A DNA stretch of 64,000 nucleotides from an uncultured virus (IMG/VR IMGVR_UViG_3300005617_000382) (lineage: Duplodnaviria > Heunggongvirae > Uroviricota > Caudoviricetes): the IMG/VR virus record IMGVR_UViG_3300005617_000382; one strand, given 5' to 3'. The translations under genes and the position numbers were made by a program. The number at the start of each line of letters is the position of its first letter. Within the stretch, counting starts at the first letter, position 1. Below, in pieces: positions 54,809 to 64,000 of the stretch. Under the pieces are notes generated by a model that was not told the origin of the DNA, made no database searches, and saw only the letters and a program-made list of their open reading frames with translations.

Positions 54809-55323
54809 CACTCGACGACTACCACATCAAGCACGCGCTTAAGGTCGCATCGCGTTCGCCGTGCCGAAGTAAGCGCGGCGTGGTGCTATTCAACGCTACG
54901 ACTGGAGCGCACCGCGGCGAGGGCCATAACGGACCGCCGTCGCCGTTGACCTGCCCGGGTCGAGAGCGCTGCGCCGGTACGTGCGGTCAGCGGTCTGTGC
55001 ACGCAGAGATGCGGGCGCTGCGCGATGCCGAAGGCTATCGCCGATATCACGAAACCGGACCATACGAGCTACTTCACGTCGAACTCGCGCCAGATGGCGG
55101 TGTCGTCGCCTGCAGCGGTCCGAGCTGCTGGCAGTGCGCGAGGGAGATTCTTGACGTCGGCTTCATCGATGGTGTGTGGCTGTACGAGCGAGCCGGATGT
55201 CCACACTGCGAGGCCGGTGAAGTAGCCCAGGACAAGCAATGTCCGCGCGGATCCGGCGGCTGGCGCCGCTACACCGCCGAAGAGTTCTACCGCGTCACGC
55301 TCGTCAACTGCGGAATCACATGA
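54805..55323 (+). CDS. Zinc-dependent cytidine/dCMP deaminase-like protein
   Basis: 'SPCRSKRGVV', 'GHNGPP', 'HAE', 'SCWQC'. Confidence 0.75.
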   Translation: MTLDDYHIKHALKVASRSPCRSKRGVVLFNATTGAHRGEGHNGPPSPLTCPGRERCAGTCGQRSVHAEMRALRDAEGYRRYHETGPYELLHVELAPDGGVVACSGPSCWQCAREILDVGFIDGVWLYERAGCPHCEAGEVAQDKQCPRGSGGWRRYTAEEFYRVTLVNCGIT

Positions 55324-56193
55324 GACCCACCGACACCCCGTCACCGACGTCGCACTACTACCCGTCGTGGCTCACCGCGAGGCAGTCGCTGTACCACGCG
55401 TGCTGCGCGCGAACTGCGGCGCATCGATTCGACTGTCCGGTGGTGCGGCCGGAGCGCAGGGAGCGCGGTCCGGTGTGGAGGAGGAGACCGTGAGCCGCCG
55501 CCGGAAGTTCCGTCCGATCGTGTCGAAGATCGGTTCAGCCGCGTTCTGCGACAACGGAGCGATGATCACGTATGACGACATCGACGCGGCGCTCGACGCT
55601 GACCGCTCAGCCGGGTTCCGGGACCCGACAACCGAAGAGGTTGACCTGCTGGTGTTCGGCGACGACGACGGACGTATACCGCGCAGACTGATGAAGCTGC
55701 ACCCGGCGCTGAACGCACTGCTCACCAGGGAGATGACATGACCTGGTACCTGCTCCCCATCGCCGCCTCGCTCCTCGCCTGCCTGCTGTCGTACCGCGTC
55801 GGTTGGCGACGAGGAGATCGTGCAGCTCGTCGACGTCTCGTGCCGATGCTGGACCAGCGCGGGCGGGACCTACGGGCCGCGGAGTACAAGGTGGCGCGGT
55901 TGGAGGAGAGGAGCGGGCCATGGGTGTGAAGCTGACGAAGCAAGGCGTCCGCGACCTAGGCGGAGCACGGCCGCCGCGTCGCCGACTGGTCTACACGTGT
56001 CCGCACATCTGGGAACGTGAAGTCGAGTGGAGCTGCTGGAGCGGATGGGACGAGCAGTTCAGGGCGATCTATCGGTGCGGGCTGTGCCAGGAGATCCGTA
56101 GGTGACCACCACCGCCGCGCTGCTCGAGGCAATCCGCGCTGTTGTGCGCGAGGAGCTTGAACGCGATCGGCACTCCCGGGTATCCGAGGAACC

Positions 56194-57237
56194 ATGCGAA
56201 CCACCCCACGTATCAACGGTCCCTACAAGCACGGTCGAAAGTGGCGCGTCCAGTTCACTACAGGAAGCGGCAGAGATCGGTCGACGACATACAAGGTCTT
56301 TGATACGCGCGCAGCGGCGGAGGCTTGCGTCGACGGCGCTCGGGACGAAGCGCAAGGCGTCACGGTGAAGATGGCCGTTGACCAGTGGCTGACCGAGAAG
56401 CGTGCCGCTGGCTTGGCCGACGTCACGATCGCGGGCTACCGGGCACGACTGACGGCGCTGCTGGGGCCAGCGCTGAGCCGACCGCTGCGCTACGTGCGGA
56501 CCCGCGGCGCAGAGCTCTACATCGGCGTGCTCAACGGCCGGCGCCCCGACACGCATCAGCACGCGCTCGTGATCGGCGGCATGTGGGGCCGCTGGTGCGT
56601 GAAGCGCAAGCTGCTCAAGGAGAACCCGTTCGCCGACGTCGACCCGGTCGGCCGCAAGACGCTCGGCGCCGACAAATCGCGGCTCACTGTGGACGAGTCG
56701 CGCATTCTCTACGGCTGGTGTCTCGAGCAGCCGGACAACGCTGATGCGATCCTGACGCTGGGCTACCTGCTGCTCGGCTCGCGCGCATCGGAGCTGACGA
56801 AACGCGACGTCCGTGACCTGGACGACAGCGGCCGGATGCTGTGGATTCGCGCAACCAAGACTGCCGCGGGTCGCCGTCGCCTGATCGTGCCACCCGAGCT
56901 GGTGCCACTGCTACTCGGCCTGTGCGGCGATCGCAGGCCTGACGCACCGATCTTCGCGCACCCTGATGGGTCCCGCTGGACACGACAGCTCGCGCGCCGC
57001 AAGGTGATGTCGTGCTGCAAGGCCGCTGGCGTTCCGGTGCTGCCACCCCAGGCGCTGCGCAGGACGCAGGCCACGCTCGCGACCGAAGCAGGCGAGACGG
57101 CTCTCGCGGTGGCGTACCACCTCGGCCAGGCCGTCAAAGCGGCGCCTGCTGTTACTACGAGGTCGTACATTGGACGGGACGCGGCGCAAGAAGCGACGGC
57201 GCATCGGGCGAGGAAGTCGATTCAGGGGCTGAACTGA
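56194..57237 (+). CDS. int: Tyrosine recombinase / integrase
   Basis: 'NPFADV', R in 'GSRASEL', K in 'TKT', 'QALRR' (HxxR variant), 'HLGQ', Y in 'TTRSY'. Confidence 0.85.
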   Translation: MRTTPRINGPYKHGRKWRVQFTTGSGRDRSTTYKVFDTRAAAEACVDGARDEAQGVTVKMAVDQWLTEKRAAGLADVTIAGYRARLTALLGPALSRPLRYVRTRGAELYIGVLNGRRPDTHQHALVIGGMWGRWCVKRKLLKENPFADVDPVGRKTLGADKSRLTVDESRILYGWCLEQPDNADAILTLGYLLLGSRASELTKRDVRDLDDSGRMLWIRATKTAAGRRRLIVPPELVPLLLGLCGDRRPDAPIFAHPDGSRWTRQLARRKVMSCCKAAGVPVLPPQALRRTQATLATEAGETALAVAYHLGQAVKAAPAVTTRSYIGRDAAQEATAHRARKSIQGLN

Positions 57238-57398
57238 TGACTGGGTACACCACTGGAAGCACATTGGGAGCAAACGACCGATCGCAATGAAATCCTCGTC
57301 GGAAACTGCTCTTCATTCCAGCACCCGTTCTACTGGTACGACCGACGAGGTCAACGATGCCGTGATCCCACGGCCGACGACAAAAGTTGGAAACCACC

Positions 57399-57749
57399 AT
57401 GAACCACGGACGACGTCAGCGACACCCGGACAAGTACACGGCAGCCATCTACTTCGCGCAGTGCCAGGACGAGAACGGCTACATCAAGATCGGCTACACG
57501 AAGGACGTGAACGCGCGGATCGCCAGCTTCCAGTGCGGCTGCCCGTATCCGATCGTGCTGATCGCGTGGTTCACCAGCGACGACGCCAAGAACGTCGAGG
57601 CCACGCTTCTGGAGCGCTTCAAGCACCTACGCGTGCGCTGCGAGTGGTTCCGGCCTGAGCTAGAGCTCTTGGATGCGATCGCTCAGATCGGCAGCGTGAA
57701 GAGTGCATCGTCCAGAGTAGCGGCAGCGCTCGGTTACGCTGGTGGGTGA
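57399..57749 (+). CDS. GIY-YIG-like (T5orf172/MUG113) protein
   Basis: 'IYF......IKIGYT...RI...Q.GCP...E..L..RF...R...EWF'. Confidence 0.8.
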   Translation: MNHGRRQRHPDKYTAAIYFAQCQDENGYIKIGYTKDVNARIASFQCGCPYPIVLIAWFTSDDAKNVEATLLERFKHLRVRCEWFRPELELLDAIAQIGSVKSASSRVAAALGYAGG

Positions 57750-59740
57750 AACCCGGTGGGTATCGACGACGAGCACAGCGTTCAGGTTCGCTCACCAACG
57801 AACAGACAGCAGAACTCGAAAGGACACCGAGGATGAAAACGCATAATACGCGCGGCCTCAAGGAGGCCAGCAAAGAACGCTCAATGGTCAGCGGAACCGG
57901 AGGCGGCAACCGTTCCAAAGGCAAGCCACGCCGGATCAGGGGTACGTCTACGATCTATGGCGGACCAAACATGTACCCGCTCGCCGGCTGCCCTGGGTGG
58001 TTCACGAATTCTCCTCCGCCGCACCTGCAGACCGACGAAGACAAGTTCGTCATCCGTTGGAACCTCGAGCCCAAGAGCTACTTCCGTCAGATGACCGGCA
58101 TTGGTCCGGCGTTCGGCGTCTCACTCGCAGAAACGCCGCGGTTCGACAGTGCGCTCGAAGCTCAGCGCGTCATCGATCGCTTTCCGATGGTGGCCGAGGT
58201 TGGCTCCGAGGTAGAGACGGTTCGGGGCCGACTCAGCTATGCGTTGCGTTCCGGAGACGCCAAGCCATGACCAAGGAACGAGACCTCGCTCTTCTCGACG
58301 CTGCTGTAGAACCTGAAGGGGGACACGCGGTTGCGGGTGGAGGGGATGAGCGTGTACCGGCTATCTACCCCGATGGGCTGTCGGATGCGATCCGTGTCGC
58401 CACACGAGACGCGGTTCGATTGGTCCTCGATGATCAATCCGCCACCTTCGTTGTGGGCGGCTGTGTGCTCGATCTGCACGGCCTTCGGCGGAGGCAACAC
58501 CTGGCGTTCGTGGCGGATGTTGTCGCGTCTCGAGTCGCCGATGCCGTCGCCGGAAAAGGAACGAGATGAACGAAACGAACGAGACGAAGAGGCGCATCAT
58601 GAAGCTGATCGAGCAGTACGGCACCGCGCGCTCCCAGGAAGAGTTGGCCGGCTCTCGTGATGCTCCTGGGTCGGTTGTCAAGCGACACTACGACCGCGGA
58701 CAGCAGGCGTGGGAGGAGATCGGCCAGGAGATCGATGCACTGCTGACCGCCACCCGCCCCACGCAGAAGGATGGATGAGATGAGCGAGACGATCTACGAC
58801 AGCGCGCCGCAGCCCGACCCAACCGACCCCGAGATCTTCCAGCACGGCGTAGCTGTGTTCATGGTCGCATCGCCACGATCGATGACCATCGAGAAGTGGG
58901 TCCGGTCGGTCGCAGCCGAGACCGGGCTGCGCATGGACTGGCGCATGATAGGTGGCCGCGGTACGGTTCTCGTTCTTGGCGACCGCGCTGACTGCGAGCG
59001 CGGCCAGCAGGCATGCGCTGACGCGATCGACAGGCTGAAGGAGATGTACATGGCCTGCCCGTACAACTTCACCAAGTCACCGTCGCCGGACGACGTCGTC
59101 TATCGCACGCTCGACATCGAGGCCCCATGACCCTAACCACCTCTCAGCTCGACGATCTCGAGCGCGTTATCCGGTCCGAGCGAGATCCGCTTGACGTGCT
59201 ACAGGCTCATCCGCTGCTCCAGCTCGTGGCGATCGCGCGGGCGGCGCTGGCGCATGTCGATCGCTGGCATACCGATGAGCTAGACGATACGATGGACGCG
59301 CTCGTGGCTGCACTGCATGGTGACCCATGACCACCGACGCCCGCGCTCTCATCGCGGAGTGGGTGCGACAGGAAGAGTCGTTCGACAACCCAGCGTCGAC
59401 CGTCGAATACGGTCGCGCACAGAACTGGATCAGGACCAACCTCTCGGCCCTGCTCACCGGCTACTCCGCGGCGCTGGACGAGGTGGAGCGGCTACGACCG
59501 GTAGAGCCATGGGTGGCGGAGCTACAGAAGGAGCTGGACGCCCTCCGCACCGAGCTCGGCGAGGTGAAGCTAGTCATCGAGCAGCAGGACCGGGATCTGG
59601 AGCGGATGCGGGCAGGGCTGACTGAATTCCGCGAGGCTGTCGAAAAGAACTACGACGATGACATCCGTCGATCTTGGGTACGCGACCAGATCGATGACAT
59701 ACTCGAAAGGACCCCATGCACGGACACGACGACGAAGTGA
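57746..59740 (+). CDS. Run of small coupled hypothetical ORFs (57746-58270, 58267-58569, 58566-58778, 58771-59130, 59127-59330, 59327-59740)
   Basis: ATGA/GTGA coupling; no motif recognised. Confidence 0.45.
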
Positions 59741-60771
59741 CGCCCGAGATGGCCGCAGCCTACATGCGCAACCTGGACAAGTTCCGCGAGGCGATGTGCA
59801 AGGAGTTCCCGGAGCCACTGATCGTCATCGGCGTCGACTACGGCTCCGAGCCTGCCACCACGGTAGTCCACCACAAATGCGCCCGGTGCGAGCAGGTGCT
59901 GCCGGTCATGCGCTGCGGCCTGTCGGAAGCGGCGGCCCAGGCGAACCTTGACGCGGCGCTCGCCGCGCACCAGGAGCGCTGCTTCCGCCCCGGTGATCAC
60001 GTCAGATGGGAATGGAAGAAACACGGTCGCTGGGCCGAAGGCGACTTCGTCGGCGCCCTGAAGTGCGACGGCTGGACTCGCTACACGATGATCGTTGCTG
60101 GAGCGTCGGTCGGAAACTGGAGCGCTCTGTCGCCCAGTCTGCCGATCGGCAAGGAGCACCAGTTCGGCGTACGCGTCGACGGTACCGGACAGGACATCCG
60201 CCGCATCCCGCGCCCGGAGCAGAAGGTCGAGTTCGGGACGTATCAGGAAGGCTTCGACAGACAGGCGGAGCAGCCGACCCTCTCCGCTCGCCTCGGCCAC
60301 CTCAAGCACGGACCCGGCGGCTCGGGGCCCTCCGGTCCGTGCGATGCGGACTGCAGGAAGTGCGCGGCCGAGAGGAAACCGCAGGAATTCCATGCAGTCG
60401 ATTGCCCGTACTACGACAGCGTCGACGCGGAATGTATCTGCAACGGTCCACCGCCCACGATCGAAACGCCGTGGATCACGCCCGGTGGCCCGAGGCCCGA
60501 CCCACTCGACACGAAATACGACGGCCAGACCCTCCGCGACCTCCTCGCCGCGGACCTCGCCATGAGCCGCGAGACGCTGATCTCCGACATGCCGCTGTGG
60601 TTCCGCATCCAGGACGGCTTGACGCGGACGCAGCGGCAAGCGGTGAGCGCGTACAGGAGCGCGGAGTTGAGGGCCAAGATCGCCGCCTCGCGTGAAGCCG
60701 AGCGATGCGCGGTCAGGGTGGATGACGATCTGTGGCTGGCGAACTGTAAGGATGTCGATGAAGATCTCTGA
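59716..60771 (+). CDS. Hypothetical multi-module Cys-rich protein
   Basis: 351 aa with several Cys/His clusters. Confidence 0.45.
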   Translation: MHGHDDEVTPEMAAAYMRNLDKFREAMCKEFPEPLIVIGVDYGSEPATTVVHHKCARCEQVLPVMRCGLSEAAAQANLDAALAAHQERCFRPGDHVRWEWKKHGRWAEGDFVGALKCDGWTRYTMIVAGASVGNWSALSPSLPIGKEHQFGVRVDGTGQDIRRIPRPEQKVEFGTYQEGFDRQAEQPTLSARLGHLKHGPGGSGPSGPCDADCRKCAAERKPQEFHAVDCPYYDSVDAECICNGPPPTIETPWITPGGPRPDPLDTKYDGQTLRDLLAADLAMSRETLISDMPLWFRIQDGLTRTQRQAVSAYRSAELRAKIAASREAERCAVRVDDDLWLANCKDVDEDL

Positions 60772-61165
60772 ACTGAAGGTCGGCGACCGCCTCGAGAATT
60801 ACCGAACCGGGACAACAATCGTCGTCGAGAAAATCGAACCGTGGTCGGGTGGCAATGGCGACATCAGCTTTCGCGAAGGCCTAACGTGGGCACGCCAGCG
60901 CTCAATGACGTTCAGGCAATTCGAGCGCCTGAAGTTCATCCGGCGACTCGGCGATCGACGCATACGCCTGACCGAACAGCAGTGGCGCGACGTGTTCAAG
61001 ATCCGCTGCCGCTCGAAGCGCGGCGAGGCCATCTCGGCAAGTGACCTGGCCATGTGCGAAGCGGCGCTCAAGGATGACCCCAAGCGCTACAGCAACTCCG
61101 AAGTCGACGTGTTCAACGCGACCGTGCCGTTCGGATCGAACGTCCGACGAGTCAGAACACCTTGA
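60758..61165 (+). CDS. Hypothetical protein
   Basis: Last ORF of the plus-strand run. Confidence 0.45.
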   Translation: MKISELKVGDRLENYRTGTTIVVEKIEPWSGGNGDISFREGLTWARQRSMTFRQFERLKFIRRLGDRRIRLTEQQWRDVFKIRCRSKRGEAISASDLAMCEAALKDDPKRYSNSEVDVFNATVPFGSNVRRVRTP

Positions 61166-61310
61166 TCACCTTGCTCGCGACCGTGAACAGCGTCACAAGC
61201 AGCCCGCACCAGAACAGAGCGCGGCCGACTTCGACGACCTTGGCGTTGGCCGCGAGCACGTAGATGAGCAGACCGACGATTGCGGCCAGGAGCGGGATGA
61301 TGGCGATCAT
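61152..61310 (-). CDS. Small two-TM membrane protein (52 aa)
   Basis: MIAIIPLLAAIVGLLIYVLAANAKVVEVGRALFWCGLLVTLFTVASKVIKVF; TACGCT 6 nt upstream. Confidence 0.6.
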   Translation of the reverse strand: MIAIIPLLAAIVGLLIYVLAANAKVVEVGRALFWCGLLVTLFTVASKVIKVF

Positions 61311-61388
61311 GGAGACAGCGTACCCTGTCAGACGCTGTTAGCTAACGTACCGCGTGTTTCCGCCAACCAGTCGACATAGAAGCAGTCG

Positions 61389-61397
61389 TGCTATAAC
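61389..61397 (+). promoter_or_regulatory. Extended -10 promoter for tRNA-like genes
   Basis: TG-C-TATAAC about 35 nt upstream of the first tRNA-like element. Confidence 0.45.
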
Positions 61398-61429
61398 TTC
61401 CTGGCACGTCCAATCGCAGCGAGCCCACA

Positions 61430-61500
61430 CGCAATGTTGCCCCATGGTGGGGCGACGGTCTTGTAAACCGTAGGGGCTGGTTCAATTCCAGCACTAAGCG
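61430..61500 (+). tRNA. tRNA-Thr(TGT)-like, degenerate acceptor stem
   Basis: D arm GCCCC/GGGGC, anticodon arm ACGGT-CTTGTAA-ACCGT, T arm GCTGG-TTCAATT-CCAGC; three mismatches in the acceptor stem. Confidence 0.6.
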
Positions 61501-61524
61501 CTCGCCGCACTCGGACGTGCAACA

Positions 61525-61593
61525 TGCAGGGAGAGGCAGACTCAACCGCGGCTCATAACCCCGGTTCTGCCGGTGCGACTCCGGCCCCTGCTA
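61525..61593 (+). tRNA. tRNA-Met(CAT), initiator-like, atypical
   Basis: Acceptor TGCAGGG/CCCTGCT (1:72 mismatch), anticodon loop CTCATAA, T arm GCCGG-TGCGACT-CCGGC, short D arm; no encoded CCA. Confidence 0.6.
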
Positions 61594-61596
61594 CGA

Positions 61597-61929
61597 ATGG
61601 GAACCACCTATTACCTCGCGCGCCCGGACAGCGGCACGCTGTTCGACCTCGGGAAGTCGTACGAAGCGGCTCGCACGTGGCGCGGCGAGGTTGACCGGTT
61701 CACCACCGTCGTCGTGGACACCTCAACCGGAGCGCTCGCCAAGGTGCTGCGAACCGGCATGGGGTTCGAGGCTGAGACGCCCTACCTGTGTGAGGTTATC
61801 CGCCGGATTCGCCGGTTCGCAGACGGTCGCGAGGTGCATCTGCTAGACGAGCATGATCTCGAGGACGATGCGTTCCGCGGTGAGGGCGGCGAGCTGCGTG
61901 TAACCGGATCGCGATTCGATGACGGCTGA
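61597..61929 (+). CDS. Hypothetical protein
   Basis: MGTTYYL...FDLGK; immediately after the tRNA. Confidence 0.5.
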   Translation: MGTTYYLARPDSGTLFDLGKSYEAARTWRGEVDRFTTVVVDTSTGALAKVLRTGMGFEAETPYLCEVIRRIRRFADGREVHLLDEHDLEDDAFRGEGGELRVTGSRFDDG

Positions 61930-61930
61930 C

Positions 61931-62236
61931 CTATTGCCTCCCCCAGTGAACCCCGCAGCTGCATCCCTGCTCGACCGCAGCGTGCGCGTGGATCCTAACC
62001 AGCATGAATCCCAGCTCGACAAGCGCGGCCACGTGCTCCGGTAGGTCCGCCGCGCCGAACACGTCGATCGACTGCTCGTACGGGTCGAAGTTCCACCCGG
62101 GGCCCCACTCATCGCTGAAAATCCGGTTGAGCTCGGCCTCGAGCTGGTGTTCGACGGTCAGCGCATGGGCCTCGGACGCGAATAGCACCATGGCCAACGG
62201 GACGACGATCTCCGGTCTTGACTCGACGGTCTGCAT
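61931..62236 (-). CDS. Hypothetical protein
   Basis: RBS GGAGG upstream. Confidence 0.45.
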   Translation of the reverse strand: MQTVESRPEIVVPLAMVLFASEAHALTVEHQLEAELNRIFSDEWGPGWNFDPYEQSIDVFGAADLPEHVAALVELGFMLVRIHAHAAVEQGCSCGVHWGRQ

Positions 62237-62238
62237 GC

Positions 62239-62520
62239 TCACCCTCCACTGTCGAAGCCGTGAAGCTCGGCGATCAGCCAACGCCCCGCGACGTGATCGG
62301 TAACCGCGAGCTCGTCTGGTCCGCGGTTGTGGGCCGCGAGCCACAGTTCTCGCGGCGTGAGACCGTTGCTTCGAGCGAGCTGCTCGAGAGTCCGGTCATG
62401 GTTATCCTCGATCTGCGTGCGCCACCTCTCGACGAACGCCCACGGCACACGGCTCGGCCACGAGCGCCGGACCGCAGCCGGAACGGTCGTGTAGTCGTGC
62501 GAGATCGGGAAATGCGTCAT
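62239..62520 (-). CDS. Hypothetical protein
   Basis: 'VPW...NHDRTLEQLARSNGLTPREL'; ATGA-coupled. Confidence 0.5.
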   Translation of the reverse strand: MTHFPISHDYTTVPAAVRRSWPSRVPWAFVERWRTQIEDNHDRTLEQLARSNGLTPRELWLAAHNRGPDELAVTDHVAGRWLIAELHGFDSGG

Positions 62521-63266
62521 GTCCGGTCGATCTCCACGAGGTCGCGCATCAGCTGCCGCAGGTTGAATCCCGACGGCGAGAGCATCGTGGTGTCGTCGAT
62601 CCACTGCTCGTCCAGAGCGGCCCACGCCTCGGAGGTGTAGCGCTCCGACCACTTGCGGGTTGCGACCTTGAGCCCGCCCCAGGTCACGTAGATGTCGAAC
62701 GAGCGATCGTAGCTGAGCTTCGCCATCGCGTGCGGACCACGACTGTTCGGCTCGTAGCGCCGGCCGATGCCGACGTCCCACACGGTCTGGTCGAACGTGG
62801 CCAGCGGCAGGTCGACGCCGCAGTAGACCCATCCGGTGAGGTTCAGTGCCGCTTCCATGTGCTCGCGGTTTGCTGGATCGACGGCGACGAACGCGCCGAA
62901 CCGGTGGCCGCAGAGCCCGACGGCGCGCATCTCGGTGAGCACGTCGAGCATCTCGGCGCCCTGATCGGTCTCAGGTCGCTTCGGGTCGTAGCCGCTGACA
63001 TCCTGGTAGAGCCGGATCACATCTCCGCCGATGATCGTCAGCGGCCGGCCGGTGTTCGCGGACTGAGCCTGCAGGTAGTGACCGATCGCGGCGCACGTGC
63101 AGTCGCCGAGGGAGTCGTTCGCGAACATCCCGAACGCAGGCGCATCCTGTGGGTGCGCCCAGTCGCGCGCGGGTGGGCTGGCCGGAACGTCCTGCAGCGA
63201 GACGTATCGCGCGAACTGCAGCGTCCGTGGATCGGTCCGCGACGGTATCCGGCCGAGCTTCAACAC
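62517..63266 (-). CDS. Papain-like cysteine peptidase (putative)
   Basis: 'MFANDSLGDCTCAAIGH', 'TDQG...LDVL', 'GPHAM', 'VTWG'. Confidence 0.65.
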   Translation of the reverse strand: MLKLGRIPSRTDPRTLQFARYVSLQDVPASPPARDWAHPQDAPAFGMFANDSLGDCTCAAIGHYLQAQSANTGRPLTIIGGDVIRLYQDVSGYDPKRPETDQGAEMLDVLTEMRAVGLCGHRFGAFVAVDPANREHMEAALNLTGWVYCGVDLPLATFDQTVWDVGIGRRYEPNSRGPHAMAKLSYDRSFDIYVTWGGLKVATRKWSERYTSEAWAALDEQWIDDTTMLSPSGFNLRQLMRDLVEIDRT

Positions 63267-63376
63267 TGCCGTAGCACCGCGCCGACGACCAGCACCGCGA
63301 GCAGACCGAGCGCTGTGATCACGATCGGCATCGCCCACAGGGATACCAGATCTGCACGCCTCAACCACGCCCGCAT
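63260..63376 (-). CDS. Small single-TM protein (38 aa)
   Basis: MRAWLRRADLVSLWAMPIVITALGLLAVLVVGAVLRQC. Confidence 0.4.
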   Translation of the reverse strand: MRAWLRRADLVSLWAMPIVITALGLLAVLVVGAVLRQC

Positions 63377-63378
63377 CG

Positions 63379-64000
63379 CTAGAGGTTGCCGGCGGCCGTC
63401 TTGAAGGTCGCACCGTTGGCTTGCGTGGCCCGGAAGTCCTCGAGCGCAGCGCGGGCAGCGCGTCCCTGCTCGCCGGCCGGTGCTGCCCTGCCCTTCGGTG
63501 GAGCCAGGTAGTGTTGGACGACCTCAGCTAGCGCGCAGCCGCCGAGGTCTTTCCCCGCTGTGATCGCCTGACTCTCAACGTCCTTCCAGCTACCGCTCGA
63601 GGTAAACACGGCCCACAGTGAGCCGACCAGCTCCATCAGCTGCGTCTGATCCTGCGCAAGGCAGTCGATCACGACGGCGCCACCGGTGACCACTGCGGGT
63701 GTACCGCAGGCGGGCTGCATGGACAGGCCCAGCGAGACGACCAGTAAGGCGACGAGTGACCCGCGGGTCGTGAACTTCGGGGTCGACATGATCGTCACGG
63801 GCGCTGCGGACGCTGCCGTCTTGACCATGGTGCGGCTCACGGTGTAGCCAAGGGCGCCAAGGATCGCTGCGGCCATGCCGGCGATCGCCAGCGCAGTGCT
63901 GTTGGTGAGCGCGCCGCTGGCGTACAACACGGTCAGCGCGAGCGCGGCCAGCTTGAGCCAGAACTCCGAGGTGCGCCAGCCGGGCGCTGGTAGCGCCGGC
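63379..64000 (-). CDS. Holin-like membrane protein with lipoprotein-like C-terminal half (5' end outside window)
   Basis: Frame open to the window edge: 'PGWRTSEFWL..AAL.L..LYASG...LGYTVSR..VK'; then a hydrophobic stretch ending 'QPACG'. Confidence 0.55.
   Translation of the reverse strand, partial: PALPAPGWRTSEFWLKLAALALTVLYASGALTNSTALAIAGMAAAILGALGYTVSRTMVKTAASAAPVTIMSTPKFTTRGSLVALLVVSLGLSMQPACGTPAVVTGGAVVIDCLAQDQTQLMELVGSLWAVFTSSGSWKDVESQAITAGKDLGGCALAEVVQHYLAPPKGRAAPAGEQGRAARAALEDFRATQANGATFKTAAGNL

Noticed and set aside
56102..56368. Excisionase upstream of the integrase
   Set aside because: No recognisable HTH/Xis motif, and it overlaps the integrase by 175 nt. It may be a real small gene, but the function is unsupported.
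1..64000. CRISPR array or cas operon (the 49624-50781 nuclease is Cas4-like)
   Set aside because: No regularly spaced direct repeats were seen. The nuclease sits with Sak4-like and SSB genes, a standard phage recombination module.

Overview
The window is almost entirely one GC-rich temperate tailed phage (siphovirus-like) genome, probably nearly complete and circularly permuted. No host housekeeping genes are visible, the integrase is internal, and both ends fall in the minus-strand late region. Minus strand, 1-30 kb: tail tip, tape measure, frameshifted tail chaperone, tail tube, head-tail genes, capsid, protease/scaffold, MuF, portal and terminase. Minus strand, 30-45 kb: middle and replication genes (sigma-region-4-like regulator, SF3 helicase, primase, VRR-NUC, SF2 helicase, dCTP deaminase, 5'-nucleotidase). 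At 44.9-45.9 kb is a divergent cro/repressor switch with three GTCTAC-N5-GTAGAC operators. Plus strand, 46-61 kb: early operon (recombination module, clamp-like protein, deaminase, tyrosine integrase, many small ORFs), followed by two atypical tRNA-like genes and the end of a lysis-like region. The host is inferred to be a myxobacterium (Myxococcota). The most striking element is a tandem array of four double-glycine, lanthipeptide-like RiPP precursor genes at 48490-49238 with no modifying enzyme or transporter in the window. Also notable are an 11-copy phage-specific late promoter motif (TCGCCCC-N16/17-GACGCT-like, mostly leaderless), a 1000-aa head ORF with three nested promoter-linked starts, and a portal-HNH fusion. 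All family assignments come from motif recognition by eye; no database search was run.
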